A stretch of DNA of 64,000 bases from a virus. Positions 1 to 10,793 of this stretch are shown here, piece after piece (position 1 is the first letter of the stretch; the number at the start of each line of letters is the position of its first letter). The stretch spans positions 29,958 through 93,957 of the IMG/VR virus record IMGVR_UViG_3300002143_000153; one strand, written 5' to 3'. Made by a program: the position numbers and the translations under genes. The notes beneath the pieces were generated by a model that was given only the letters and a program-made list of their open reading frames with translations, was not told the origin of the DNA and searched no databases.

Positions 1-3000
1 AAATCTCAACGTAAAAATGCTTTCAAAATAGTTAATACACCAGAAGCATTAGCTGAAGATTTAAAAATTGATGACTTTATTAATTGGGCTAAAAGAAACT
101 TACCTGATTTTATTCAAATAGTTGATATAGCTGAATTAAAAAATAAACTAAAAGCTAATGGTTATACTGCAGGTCAGTTTACAATGGCTTTAAGAAATAT
201 TGCTGGTGGTGTAGAAGTAAGCGGTACTATATACACAGGTCCTTCAAGTATGATTGCTTACCATGAAGCTTTTCATAGTGTCTTTAGAATGCTGCTTACA
301 GATGAAGAACAAACTAAATTATTAAAAATTGCTAAAGATGAAGTAAGAGCTAAGTTTAAAACACCAGAAGCTTTAATGGAAGACATGTTGCAATTTCAAA
401 CTCTTAGCCCTTTATATAAAAGCATGAGTCTTAAAAGACTTGAGCGTGAATATCTAGAGGAATATATGGCTGATGAGTTTGCTAAGTTTAAACAAAATCC
501 TAGAAGTACAAAAACATCTTCTATAATTAAATCCCTATTTAATAGAATAATAGAATGGATTAAAGCAGCATTAAAACGTTATAGTAAAAATGAACTTATC
601 AATGTGTTTGAAAACATTGATGCTGGTAAATACAAAGGTGGTGCTGTAGCAGATAACTTTTATACTAAAGATTTAGATGGTGATATTACTATTGAAGCCT
701 ATAAAGCAATTCCATATGAATCAATTAATGGTGAGCTATTTGCTTCTGAATTATTTTTAGATCCTGCAACATCTGATTTATTAATAAGAATGATTGCTAA
801 TACATATCTAGAAAGAGTTAGTAAAGCAAAGACTAATATTGAAGAAAACAAAGTTAAAGATCAACTTTCAAATTTATTAAGCAAGTATAGCAAATTAAAT
901 GATGAAGATCAAACTGAAGAGATTACATCTGAAAAAGTTTATATAGGCGCTGTTATAGCAGATTATGCTGATTTGTATTATCCGGGTAGAGATATCTATA
1001 ATGGAGATAAATTTAGTGATTCTCAAGCTGAAAAATTAGAACAAATTTATAAAGCTTTAACTTTAGATGATGGAGAAAAAGTTGCTGATGAAGTAGCAGA
1101 TTATATTTCTTTATTTGATATGAAGTTTGAAGAAATAAATAATGAAATAGATTATCTTGAAAATTCAATTGGTAGTAGAAGTGTAGACCAATATGGTAGA
1201 GAAAATCAAGAGATAGGTATTCAACCCAGTAAAAAAATTAGACTATATATTGCATCAACAATAGTAACTTCAAAAGACATGTTTGGTAATACTGAATTGC
1301 TTAATGGTGAACCCATAAAAGTAGCTGTTAAATACCAAGATGTACACAATGGTTTAATGCTTGCTGCAATGAATGAGATAGATCCTTTTAAAATGATTAC
1401 AAGAATGTATTACCATTCAAGAAGATCTTTAAATACAGCAGCTGTACTTGATAGATTTTTAAATGATGTTGGTATCATAAATGGGTCAAGATCTATGAGT
1501 GATGTTATTGATTCAGGTGAATTACCTACGGATATTAAAGATACTTTATTATATCATGAGTTTATAAAAACTTATAAAAATAGTAGATTTGATTATGCAT
1601 TTCATTTAAAAGATAAAAAATTAGGTAAAGCAATTATTATTTCAGCATCTCAATCAGATGCTGCTACTGCGCAAATAGATTCTTGGAAAAAATTCCATGG
1701 AGATAAGTTTGAATTATTTAAACAAAATGATAAAGCCTTGAACCAAGCTGTTTCATCTTTAACTTTACTATCTAAAACATTAGGTAAAAATAAGATTACT
1801 AATAAGGAGTTATCTGCATTAGCTGATTCTTTATCAAAGAATATTTTTGAAGACCTTGGTATAAGTTTTAGCCGTGGTTTCTTAGAGGTAAGCATTTCTT
1901 CTTCTATTGTTAACAAGAAAAAATATCAAAAAAACTTAACGGAAGTTGGTGAAAACATAAGACTTATTACTAAAGAAGATGCTTTGCAAATGTTACTTGC
2001 CTTACGTGTAAAAGTAACATCAGACGTAGGTTCAAAAATTGTTAAATTTAGACCTGAAAATTTATTTGTAGATGTTGAAGGTAAAGGAGTAAGTTCTAGA
2101 TTAATGTCTTTAGCTTTAGGTAACGCTCATTTTGATGAAGCGATTGGAGCTACTGTATTTACAGATGTTAATGATAAACTTATATACGCACACCAACATC
2201 AAACATATCATTCAAGAAGAATAGCTCAGTTAAATAGTGAAACTTTTTTAACTGAATTAGTTGAAGAAAATGCATTTCTAGAAAAAAATATTCTTACTGA
2301 TAACTTGGCTTTTAGACAAATGGCCAAAGATAAAATGCTTGCAATTACTAGAGTTTCTGGTACTAAAAATGCAGATCTTTCAAATAGTCAAATTGATAAT
2401 TTATCAGATGCAGCATTAAAAGAAGAAGGTGTTACTTATGGTGATATGAGTTCTGCTGAATTTATAAATACACTTGTTGATTTATATGTACAATCTTTTA
2501 ATACTAAAAGTGAAACTAATGAAAAAATAACTTATAAGAATGAAGAGGGTTTTACAGAAACTATTGCAAAAGCACCTGTTCTTTTAAGAATTATGGAAGC
2601 ATCTAATACAAATGATTTAGTTTCTTTACCTGTTATTAAAACTGTAAGTATGACTGATAATAATGAATGGTCTATAACAGATAATGCATTACAGTTATTT
2701 GCTAATGAAATTGAAAGGGAATATAATGCAATAAAAGAAAACTTTAAAAAAGGAATTCAAGGCTTTGATGGTATTGACGGATACAATGATATGCAATCAG
2801 ACAGAAGTGATAAAGGAAGAGGTTTTAAATTCTTTAAAATGGATGTTTTATTAAATGATGAAAACAAAAAAGTTTATCTAGAAGCAGCTGAAGCAGGTTT
2901 GAATTTTACTGAAGCTTATCCTATAAATAGTTTAAAGAATGATTTAAATAAAGAATTGCAATCTTTATTAGATTCATTTGATATAATGCTAAAAGATGAA

Positions 3001-6000
3001 AAATTAGCTACTCTTCAAAACAATAATAAAATTAAATTTAATTTTTCAAGTTTAGTTACCGGTTCATTCCCAAAAACAGAAAAAGGTAAAAGAGCAATGG
3101 AAGAATTAAATCTTTCTGAGAATGATCAGTCATTTAACATAGCTCAAATATTTTTAAATAACTTTTTAAATACCATGGCAATTAATCAATTAATACTTGG
3201 TGAAGAAGCTAGACTATTTAAAGATCCTTTTATTGATGCAATCAAAAGAGCTAAAATGCAAAATACAGCACCTATCTCTGTAGAGAGTTATGCTATTGAT
3301 AAAGCTAAAGGGATTAATCATACATTAGGTGACGACTCTATTTCATTGATTACAATGGAAGATGCTTTATACGATCAAGTATTTACAGACAAATCTGTAA
3401 GAGGTAAAGGAGAAAAAACAGATGCACAAACATATATAACATCAAAAGGCTCTAGATATTTTAATTATGGTTTAGGGCAATTAACTGACGCAATGGTTCA
3501 GCTTCATAATAAAATTGATGCCGGTGAAATAATTACTTCAGAAGATTGGTATGGTAATAAAAACAATATAGGATTTTTAAAAGCAGGTGCTATATTAAAT
3601 TCTCAAAAGTATGTGTATGGAGACGGGCAATCTTTTATAAAAATGTCTACTGTTACATTAACTAAGGAAGAAACATCTGATTTGGTTAATGGTGTGTGGG
3701 TTGCTAAAATTGGTATGGAAGAGTTACATAATACCAGGGAAATGATGGAGGAGTATGAAAAAACAAATCCTACAAAAGTTGCTTTTTTAGCGCCTAGATC
3801 TGCAGTTAAAATGTTAAAAAGTAGAGTGCATTCACTTTCAAGAATAACAGATAATAAATCACCTTTAAAAACAACTGATGTAACACCTATAAATGCAAAA
3901 GATTTTGGTTTACAACAAGTTAATCCTTCTAATAAACTAGAAGTTACTTTACCTAACCAGATTAAATCTTTAATTACCAGTGAACAAAAAGATTCTGAAA
4001 TAGTAATTATAAACGGTATGCCTCTAGAAATAGGTGCTATTAAAAAAGCATACCACAAGCTTACAAAAGAAGGTGTTAAATTTGAATTCAGACAAAAGAA
4101 AAATCTAATGTTTGATTTGTTGCCTGTACTAGATTTAGATATTTTATCCTCAATGGAAAAAGATAGTACAATAGATGCAAATTTGGCAACATTCTTACGT
4201 GCGGCAAATAACTATTTAAAGTCTTCTGCTGCAGGTAGTAATATGGTTGAGTTCTTTAAAACTAATAAAGGTTATGCTAAATATGAATTAAATAATCCTA
4301 TAACTATTAAAAAGTTTGAACAATTCTTTTTAGCTTATTTTAGTAAAAAAGTTTTAGCTGAAAAAGTAACAGGTCATGCTTTTGCATTAAAATCTGGTTT
4401 TGGAAAATCCATAATTAGAAAAGTATATAGTTTAGATTCAGAAGGTAATATTGATAAGCAAGATGTTATTAGAAGAAAAGTTCATCAACAAAATGGTAAT
4501 AAAGAAGTTACTATAGATTTAAGAACAGAAAATGGTTTTGAACAACTTAAAGAAGCTTTAAAAAATAATTCTGAAGGTGTTACAGTTATTGATAGACTTA
4601 GAATAAACTTACCTAAATATAATAAGATAGGAGCTGTTAAAGATTGGGTTGCAACAGGTGAAAGAATAGCTGAAACTATTGTACCTGCTCACTACAAAGA
4701 AGTAATGGATCTGATTGAAAATTGGAATTATAATAAGTATGGAAGAATACCAGATGTAATTGCTAGAATGTTTGTTGTTAGGATTCCATCTCAAGATAAA
4801 CATTCAGCTTTAAGTGTAGAGGTTGTAGATTTTGATCCTGTATTCTTAGGATCAACTGCTGTATTCCCTGATGAACTTATTGAAGTATCGGGTGCAGATT
4901 TTGATATTGATAAAGTATTTGCTCATATTAAAGAATGGTATATAAAAAAAGGTGAGTTTATTGAATATGGTAGATCTAATGCTACAGAAGAAGAAAAGTA
5001 TGATGACTATATTTATAATTCAAATAAGTTAATTAATAAAAAAGATTCTTATTTATATGATGCTCTATATAAATATAATACCATAGGTGGTTCTAAGATT
5101 AATGCATTAAAACCAAAGCAAAGAAAAGAACTTCTTAAAGATAAAAACTTTAAAGAAGAAACTTTAGATGCTTTATCAATGCTTAATTTACCAAGAACTT
5201 TTAAGGAATACACAGTCTATAAAGAAAAATATGGTGTTGAACCATACAAGGCTGCTATAAATAATCAATTACTTGATTTAAAAATGGCTCTTGTAAGTAA
5301 TAAAGCTATGACAGAATCTATTAATGGTGATACACCTTTAGCTTTTCAACCTGCAGATATAGAAGCTTTAAAAGCTGAAAAGACACGTTTATTTAATGAA
5401 TTCCCTCAATTAAAAGCATTATCAAAAGATGATTTTCCTATTGATAGTTTAATAGGTCAATACTATAGTCATCTTAATGTTAAACAAAATGCTAATCTAA
5501 TTGGCGCTGTTGTGCCTAGAAACGTAGTTATAAATTTCTTAAAGGAAATAGATGTAACTTTAAATAGCAAATGGGGTGAAATAAATGTTAATGACCAACC
5601 GCTTACTAAATTTGAAAACTTTACTAAAGATTCTTCCGGTGTAAGATCTCAATATTTGTTATCTAATCTTATAAGTGCTGCTACAGATGATGCTAAAGAA
5701 AGAATATTATCTGCACTTGGTTTTAATAAAGATGCTATAGGTATTGTAGAAACAATGCTGGCCATGGGGTTATCTGTACATACAGCTACAATGTTTGTTA
5801 ATGTTCCTGTTATAAGGAATGCTATGAAAGAAAGTGATCCATCTATAATTAAAACAGCAATATCAAATGTAGGTACAGATAAAGATGTAAATGTTACAGA
5901 TTTAATTTTATCAAATGCTATTAATAAGACAGCTACTCCAGAAGAGTTATTAGGTATATATAAAACTTTTAATAAATTTAAAAATATAAAAGTGTTCATA

Positions 6001-8508
6001 GATAACTTAATACCTATTTTTAATTTAAATACGGGATTTGGTAAAGATTTTACCAGCTTAGAAGAGGTTCAACAAGGAATTGATGAATTGGGTATATATC
6101 TATCAGATGTAGAATTTAATAAAAACAAGTTACCTTTTGATATAAGAAATGGTATTAAAAACCATTATATTTCAGGTTACTTAGAAATTTTTAATGAGTT
6201 TACAGAAGCAGTTCTACCTAGAGTTTTCTTAACGCAAACTGCTAAGTTTAAGGAATTAACTTCTGGTATATTTGGTTATAGTAGTTTTTCTGCAAGCAAA
6301 AAAGTAAAAGGTAAAGATCAAATTTCTAAAAATGTTTTAGCTTATGTAACAATAAAAGCTTACATGAATCAGCTCTTTAAAAATGAAGAAGCTGCAAGTG
6401 CAATTGGTGGTTCATTAAACAATGACTTTATTTATGGTAATGGTAATTCAAACTATAACATTAATACAGTATTTAATAATTTAAGAGAAAACAATAAAGG
6501 TAAATCTAATTATTTTTTAGACTATTATGCGTCTACTCAAAAAGCTTCTGATAAAATTAATACTACAGGTTTAAATCTACTTAACTCAAACAGTTTTGGT
6601 AAACTAAGTGATAATGAAAAAGTACGTATTCAAAATGGTTTTCATCAATTGTATGGTGAGAAAGAAACAAGAGCTGATGCTGTTAATATAATACACTATG
6701 TAATGATTAAAGACGGTCTTCAGTATGCAAATGGAAGTATACTTGATGCATTGGTTCCTTTTACTATGGAGAATTACTTAAGCGCATCTACAAAAGCATT
6801 TAATGTTTTTAAAGGTAATGATAATTTTGAAGACGTTTTTGGTGTATCATTTGAAGAATTAAAAGATGAAGTAATAACTAAATATGGTAGAGCTACATCA
6901 TATGCATCAAACATATATAAACTTTCTCCTGAATATTTATTTAAAGGAAAAGATTCTCCGTTTGCTTATGAAGAAATAAAACTTGATGATACTCTAACAT
7001 ACACTAGAGTCATGTCTAATGATAAGTCTAAACCTAGTAAACCTTTATTTAAATTTCCTTTATTCATAAATAGAAGAGTAAAAGATCCAATAAATGGTAA
7101 TTCAGAAGGTTACATAAATAATTATTATGTACTAACAAATGCAACTTTAAATGGTGAAGATGTAATGTGGAAGAGAGGTGCTGGTGCCATAGATTCTGAT
7201 AAAGTAACTTATGTTAAATATGAATTAGAAGGTGCTTATAAACAAAACATTATTGGTTTTATGTTTGATAATGAAAACTACAAAAGACCTACAATCAAAG
7301 AACTAATAGCGTATAGACAAAGTCTTAATGACTTTTCTTCATATAGAGATGACTTTGATGATATTGATTTTGATGATATTGATTTTGAGGATATTTTAAT
7401 GGAAGAAGCTGAATCTAACAAGTTTACATTTTCTTCAGTTGATGAAAGTAGTGTAGTAGCAAATGAAAAAGGAATTGCTATTGATGATATAAATATTTCA
7501 GATTACAAACGACCTGAAGGTGTTGAAGATGCGGAGAATAAATTGCTTAAGTTTATGGCAAACAAATCAAATCCAGCACAACCAGCTACTGGTGCTGAAG
7601 AAGTGTTATCTATACAAGATGTTTTAAAAGAATATACCTTAGAAGAATTAAAACAAGGAGTTAATCTTAGGTCATTACAGGATAAAGTATTAAAAGGTGA
7701 TGAAGAAACTATTAAAACTGCATATAACTACTTAAAAGCATATGAAAAGGTAGAGTTATTAAAAAAAGAGTATGATAATACAGTAGAAAAAAATAAGGAA
7801 ATTACTACAAAGATTAATAGTCTAACTCAAAGAATTAATGATACTATACCAACAAAAGTTGGAGATGTGCTTGATATATCTAATGATGAAAATATGTCTG
7901 ATTATAAGGCTAGATTATTAGAGATAACAAGAAATGAAAAAGGTGCTGTATTAAAAATTATAACAGCAAAGAAAAAAGAATATACACTTGTAGTTACTAA
8001 GGAAGGAGAAACTAAAACAGGATATGTAACTAATTTTGTATTTGAATCAAGCAAAGAAGATGTTGGAACATTAAGAGCGGATAAAGAAAATCTAAAAAGT
8101 CAATTAGTTTCTGTTAAAGATTACTTTGATTATGATAATGCATTTTCAAAAATATGGAAAGATTATTTTATACCCACTCAACCATCTACTAGTGTTGAAC
8201 CAGGAGTACAAGAACTATTTGATTCTAATCCTAAATTAGCTAATGCTGTATATGGAGCTTTAGGGTTTCCTATCATTAATGAATCAGAAATAACTTATAC
8301 AGATGAAAACGGTAATCCTTGTGCTAAAATAGGATTAACTAATACTACTAAAGGAACAGGTTGGAAAATAGTTAAAGATTTTAAAGGACAACCTAAACAT
8401 AGTCAAGGTGGTGTAGATATTATTATTTCTGATAAAGGAATAAGTATGAGAAAAAGCGGTAAAGATATAAAAGCTAAGTTTGGATTATTAATATCTAATA
8501 ATAATTAA
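1..8508 (+). CDS. Giant virion-packaged DNA-dependent RNA polymerase of crAss-like phages (5'-truncated by the window edge), with zincin-like domain
   Basis: Frame is open from base 1 to the ATG at 184, so the true start is upstream. Catalytic SGADFDIDK (DFDID at 4897-4911) preceded by RIPSQ, as in double-psi-beta-barrel RNAPs of phi14:2/crAss type; HEAFH zincin motif at 262-276; >2800 aa. Confidence 0.9.
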   Translation, partial: KSQRKNAFKIVNTPEALAEDLKIDDFINWAKRNLPDFIQIVDIAELKNKLKANGYTAGQFTMALRNIAGGVEVSGTIYTGPSSMIAYHEAFHSVFRMLLTDEEQTKLLKIAKDEVRAKFKTPEALMEDMLQFQTLSPLYKSMSLKRLEREYLEEYMADEFAKFKQNPRSTKTSSIIKSLFNRIIEWIKAALKRYSKNELINVFENIDAGKYKGGAVADNFYTKDLDGDITIEAYKAIPYESINGELFASELFLDPATSDLLIRMIANTYLERVSKAKTNIEENKVKDQLSNLLSKYSKLNDEDQTEEITSEKVYIGAVIADYADLYYPGRDIYNGDKFSDSQAEKLEQIYKALTLDDGEKVADEVADYISLFDMKFEEINNEIDYLENSIGSRSVDQYGRENQEIGIQPSKKIRLYIASTIVTSKDMFGNTELLNGEPIKVAVKYQDVHNGLMLAAMNEIDPFKMITRMYYHSRRSLNTAAVLDRFLNDVGIINGSRSMSDVIDSGELPTDIKDTLLYHEFIKTYKNSRFDYAFHLKDKKLGKAIIISASQSDAATAQIDSWKKFHGDKFELFKQNDKALNQAVSSLTLLSKTLGKNKITNKELSALADSLSKNIFEDLGISFSRGFLEVSISSSIVNKKKYQKNLTEVGENIRLITKEDALQMLLALRVKVTSDVGSKIVKFRPENLFVDVEGKGVSSRLMSLALGNAHFDEAIGATVFTDVNDKLIYAHQHQTYHSRRIAQLNSETFLTELVEENAFLEKNILTDNLAFRQMAKDKMLAITRVSGTKNADLSNSQIDNLSDAALKEEGVTYGDMSSAEFINTLVDLYVQSFNTKSETNEKITYKNEEGFTETIAKAPVLLRIMEASNTNDLVSLPVIKTVSMTDNNEWSITDNALQLFANEIEREYNAIKENFKKGIQGFDGIDGYNDMQSDRSDKGRGFKFFKMDVLLNDENKKVYLEAAEAGLNFTEAYPINSLKNDLNKELQSLLDSFDIMLKDEKLATLQNNNKIKFNFSSLVTGSFPKTEKGKRAMEELNLSENDQSFNIAQIFLNNFLNTMAINQLILGEEARLFKDPFIDAIKRAKMQNTAPISVESYAIDKAKGINHTLGDDSISLITMEDALYDQVFTDKSVRGKGEKTDAQTYITSKGSRYFNYGLGQLTDAMVQLHNKIDAGEIITSEDWYGNKNNIGFLKAGAILNSQKYVYGDGQSFIKMSTVTLTKEETSDLVNGVWVAKIGMEELHNTREMMEEYEKTNPTKVAFLAPRSAVKMLKSRVHSLSRITDNKSPLKTTDVTPINAKDFGLQQVNPSNKLEVTLPNQIKSLITSEQKDSEIVIINGMPLEIGAIKKAYHKLTKEGVKFEFRQKKNLMFDLLPVLDLDILSSMEKDSTIDANLATFLRAANNYLKSSAAGSNMVEFFKTNKGYAKYELNNPITIKKFEQFFLAYFSKKVLAEKVTGHAFALKSGFGKSIIRKVYSLDSEGNIDKQDVIRRKVHQQNGNKEVTIDLRTENGFEQLKEALKNNSEGVTVIDRLRINLPKYNKIGAVKDWVATGERIAETIVPAHYKEVMDLIENWNYNKYGRIPDVIARMFVVRIPSQDKHSALSVEVVDFDPVFLGSTAVFPDELIEVSGADFDIDKVFAHIKEWYIKKGEFIEYGRSNATEEEKYDDYIYNSNKLINKKDSYLYDALYKYNTIGGSKINALKPKQRKELLKDKNFKEETLDALSMLNLPRTFKEYTVYKEKYGVEPYKAAINNQLLDLKMALVSNKAMTESINGDTPLAFQPADIEALKAEKTRLFNEFPQLKALSKDDFPIDSLIGQYYSHLNVKQNANLIGAVVPRNVVINFLKEIDVTLNSKWGEINVNDQPLTKFENFTKDSSGVRSQYLLSNLISAATDDAKERILSALGFNKDAIGIVETMLAMGLSVHTATMFVNVPVIRNAMKESDPSIIKTAISNVGTDKDVNVTDLILSNAINKTATPEELLGIYKTFNKFKNIKVFIDNLIPIFNLNTGFGKDFTSLEEVQQGIDELGIYLSDVEFNKNKLPFDIRNGIKNHYISGYLEIFNEFTEAVLPRVFLTQTAKFKELTSGIFGYSSFSASKKVKGKDQISKNVLAYVTIKAYMNQLFKNEEAASAIGGSLNNDFIYGNGNSNYNINTVFNNLRENNKGKSNYFLDYYASTQKASDKINTTGLNLLNSNSFGKLSDNEKVRIQNGFHQLYGEKETRADAVNIIHYVMIKDGLQYANGSILDALVPFTMENYLSASTKAFNVFKGNDNFEDVFGVSFEELKDEVITKYGRATSYASNIYKLSPEYLFKGKDSPFAYEEIKLDDTLTYTRVMSNDKSKPSKPLFKFPLFINRRVKDPINGNSEGYINNYYVLTNATLNGEDVMWKRGAGAIDSDKVTYVKYELEGAYKQNIIGFMFDNENYKRPTIKELIAYRQSLNDFSSYRDDFDDIDFDDIDFEDILMEEAESNKFTFSSVDESSVVANEKGIAIDDINISDYKRPEGVEDAENKLLKFMANKSNPAQPATGAEEVLSIQDVLKEYTLEELKQGVNLRSLQDKVLKGDEETIKTAYNYLKAYEKVELLKKEYDNTVEKNKEITTKINSLTQRINDTIPTKVGDVLDISNDENMSDYKARLLEITRNEKGAVLKIITAKKKEYTLVVTKEGETKTGYVTNFVFESSKEDVGTLRADKENLKSQLVSVKDYFDYDNAFSKIWKDYFIPTQPSTSVEPGVQELFDSNPKLANAVYGALGFPIINESEITYTDENGNPCAKIGLTNTTKGTGWKIVKDFKGQPKHSQGGVDIIISDKGISMRKSGKDIKAKFGLLISNNN

Positions 8509-8509
8509 C

Positions 8510-10339
8510 ATGAAAAAACAAAATATTGAAGTTGAAGGTGGAGAATTATTAATAATGTCAAAAGAAGGACATTATGCAGTAATACCAGCTAAACATAGAC
8601 AAGAAGTAATGGATATTATTAAAGATGGTTGTGATAATTGTATTAATAATTATATACAAACATTACCTAAAGATAGTGATTATGCAGAAGATGGTACAGT
8701 TATATCTGAATTATATAAACAAAAAACTGGTAAAGATTGGAGTACAGCTAAACAAGAAGGATTAACTACTGGTAGTTATGATGATAACATGAAATTAAGA
8801 GATAGATTAGTAAAAGGTGAATTTGATAATAAACAAATGAACAGTAATAATTCTAAACAAATTATCAATAATACCACTCAAAATCAGGATTATACAAAAG
8901 CTAAAGATTTTAATGAGGCTTTTAAAATAGCAAGAAACCAATTAGGAACTAATCAAATATTTGAATATCAAGGTAGAAAATATGGAACTAATATATTAGG
9001 TGAGAAGTTTGAACCTTCTGAAGAAGTATTAATAAAAGCTAATATGAATAAACCAGAAGTAAAACAAAGATTAAACAAACAAAATAATATGGTATCTTCT
9101 GTTTATTCAGATAAGAAAACAACTAAAGTTGTACCAGAATACCAGGATTGGGATAAGGTAAAAAAGAGAACTAAAGAATTAAATAAAATGAGCCAAGCTG
9201 ATATAATAACAGGTTATCATAAAGATTCAGAAGAACAGTACCTAGTATTAGACAAAAAGAGGGGAAAGATGCATTTATATAAAGGAGATAAAGAAATATC
9301 TTCATATAACGTAGGAACTGGAGCTAATGTTGGAGATGAGCAGACAAAAACAGTAGTTAAAAACGGTAAAGTTGATTGGGATGCCGGAAATAAGATGACA
9401 GGAGCTGGTATATATACAGTATCAGGAGTAAATCCTAAGAATAGTCATTATTCTGATGCACCTACTTGGAATTTTAAAAATGAACAAGGTATTGAAGTTC
9501 CTATGGCTATTCACAGTAGTTTTGGGGATAGAACAGCTAAACTAAAAGATAATGATGAAACTAATAATAGGCTCTCTAATGGTTGTATAAATGGTATTTG
9601 TTACAATCTTAAAGAACTTTATAAAAATGGATACAAAGAAGGACAAAAGTTGTATGTACTTCCTGATGACGAAAGCAATTCATACACATTGAGTAACGGA
9701 AAGTTAATTCTAAAATCAAATGATAACAATGTAAATAAAACAGTTAATACACTAAATTACAAACCAATTAAAATAGTATACCCTAAAGATTACAGTCCTG
9801 AAATTCCTAAAATGGCAAGTAGTATAGTAAATAACAAACAAAACCTAATGAAAGATTTAAAAATAAATGGAGATATCTATAATGACATAGCAGAACTTAC
9901 TCTTGGTGTAGCTGGTCAAGAAACTGACTATGGAAATTCTGTAAAATATAAATTAAAAACAGAATTAGTACAAGACGCATTAAAAACAGTTACAGGAAAT
10001 AACAGTTATAATAGTAAGGGGATAACCCAAATTAAATATGATGCTCAAATTAAAAATGAAGAAGTAGCTAAATTATTTAATAAATATGGAATTACTAAAG
10101 ATAACTTAGAAAGCGGGGATAAAGCTGCTATTGCTCAATTAATACTCTTTGCTACAATGTATAAATATGAACTTCCTAACTATAAAGATGTAAATATAGA
10201 TGATATGGATAAACTGCTGTATTTAAATCAAGGTAAGTCAAGTGAATTAAAAAATAAAACAGCAACACCCAATGAAAATATTTATATAAGAAATGTAAAA
10301 GAATATAAAAATAAATTTAAACTTAAAGAACTTAATTAG
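8510..10339 (+). CDS. Virion-associated peptidoglycan enzyme: L,D-transpeptidase (YkuD)-like domain plus C-terminal lysozyme/lytic-transglycosylase-like domain
   Basis: YLVLDKKRGKMHLYKG...YNVGTG...AIH...RLSNGCIN matches the YkuD pattern (H...S-x-G-C-I-N); LGVAGQETDYG...SKGITQIK matches lysozyme-fold catalytic Glu and G-x-x-Q motifs; N-terminal EVEGGE motif. Confidence 0.7.
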   Translation: MKKQNIEVEGGELLIMSKEGHYAVIPAKHRQEVMDIIKDGCDNCINNYIQTLPKDSDYAEDGTVISELYKQKTGKDWSTAKQEGLTTGSYDDNMKLRDRLVKGEFDNKQMNSNNSKQIINNTTQNQDYTKAKDFNEAFKIARNQLGTNQIFEYQGRKYGTNILGEKFEPSEEVLIKANMNKPEVKQRLNKQNNMVSSVYSDKKTTKVVPEYQDWDKVKKRTKELNKMSQADIITGYHKDSEEQYLVLDKKRGKMHLYKGDKEISSYNVGTGANVGDEQTKTVVKNGKVDWDAGNKMTGAGIYTVSGVNPKNSHYSDAPTWNFKNEQGIEVPMAIHSSFGDRTAKLKDNDETNNRLSNGCINGICYNLKELYKNGYKEGQKLYVLPDDESNSYTLSNGKLILKSNDNNVNKTVNTLNYKPIKIVYPKDYSPEIPKMASSIVNNKQNLMKDLKINGDIYNDIAELTLGVAGQETDYGNSVKYKLKTELVQDALKTVTGNNSYNSKGITQIKYDAQIKNEEVAKLFNKYGITKDNLESGDKAAIAQLILFATMYKYELPNYKDVNIDDMDKLLYLNQGKSSELKNKTATPNENIYIRNVKEYKNKFKLKELN

Positions 10340-10340
10340 T

Positions 10341-10787
10341 ATGAGCTGCAACCCAACATATAAAGGAAAAAGATATAACTCTTTAGAGGAGTTATATAAA
10401 GTTAATGGAATTAATCCACAACAAAAACAACAAGCTCAACAACAATATTCTCATGCAGGTGTACCTGCAATACAAGCTAATGAAGTTGAAGAACAAACTG
10501 ATGATTTTGATGAAATAGATGTTGAAGATATACTTGATAATGATACCTTTGATGAACTAAATGATTTAGGAATGGAATTTAAAAATAAGTTTTCATCTGT
10601 AGAAAATATAGATATCAAAATTAGTAACTTTTATGATGAGTATATTGATGGTAAGAAAGAAGCACAAGAATCTTTAAAGGCTGCTAGAATAGGAACAACA
10701 CTAGAAGGTTTCTCTGAATCATTTAAAAAGAGCGGGTTTACAAAAATTGAAGAGTACCTAGATGATCAAAAATGCCATATAAAATAA
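10341..10787 (+). CDS. Hypothetical acidic protein; possibly the displaced C-terminus of the RNAP
   Basis: 148-aa ORF tightly packed with neighbours; DDFDEIDVEDILD echoes DDFDDIDFDDIDFEDIL in the RNAP. Confidence 0.55.
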   Translation: MSCNPTYKGKRYNSLEELYKVNGINPQQKQQAQQQYSHAGVPAIQANEVEEQTDDFDEIDVEDILDNDTFDELNDLGMEFKNKFSSVENIDIKISNFYDEYIDGKKEAQESLKAARIGTTLEGFSESFKKSGFTKIEEYLDDQKCHIK

Positions 10788-10793
10788 TATAAA

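Noticed and set aside
1650-5999. Antisense ORFs inside the RNAP gene (and similar shadow ORFs at 10738, 10805, 16859, 17422, 18933, 20320, 20649, 21632, 22097, 23392, 34166, 35279, 37552, 39399, 60539, 60726, 62543, 63380)
   Set aside because: They overlap well-supported genes on the other strand and show no recognisable motifs.
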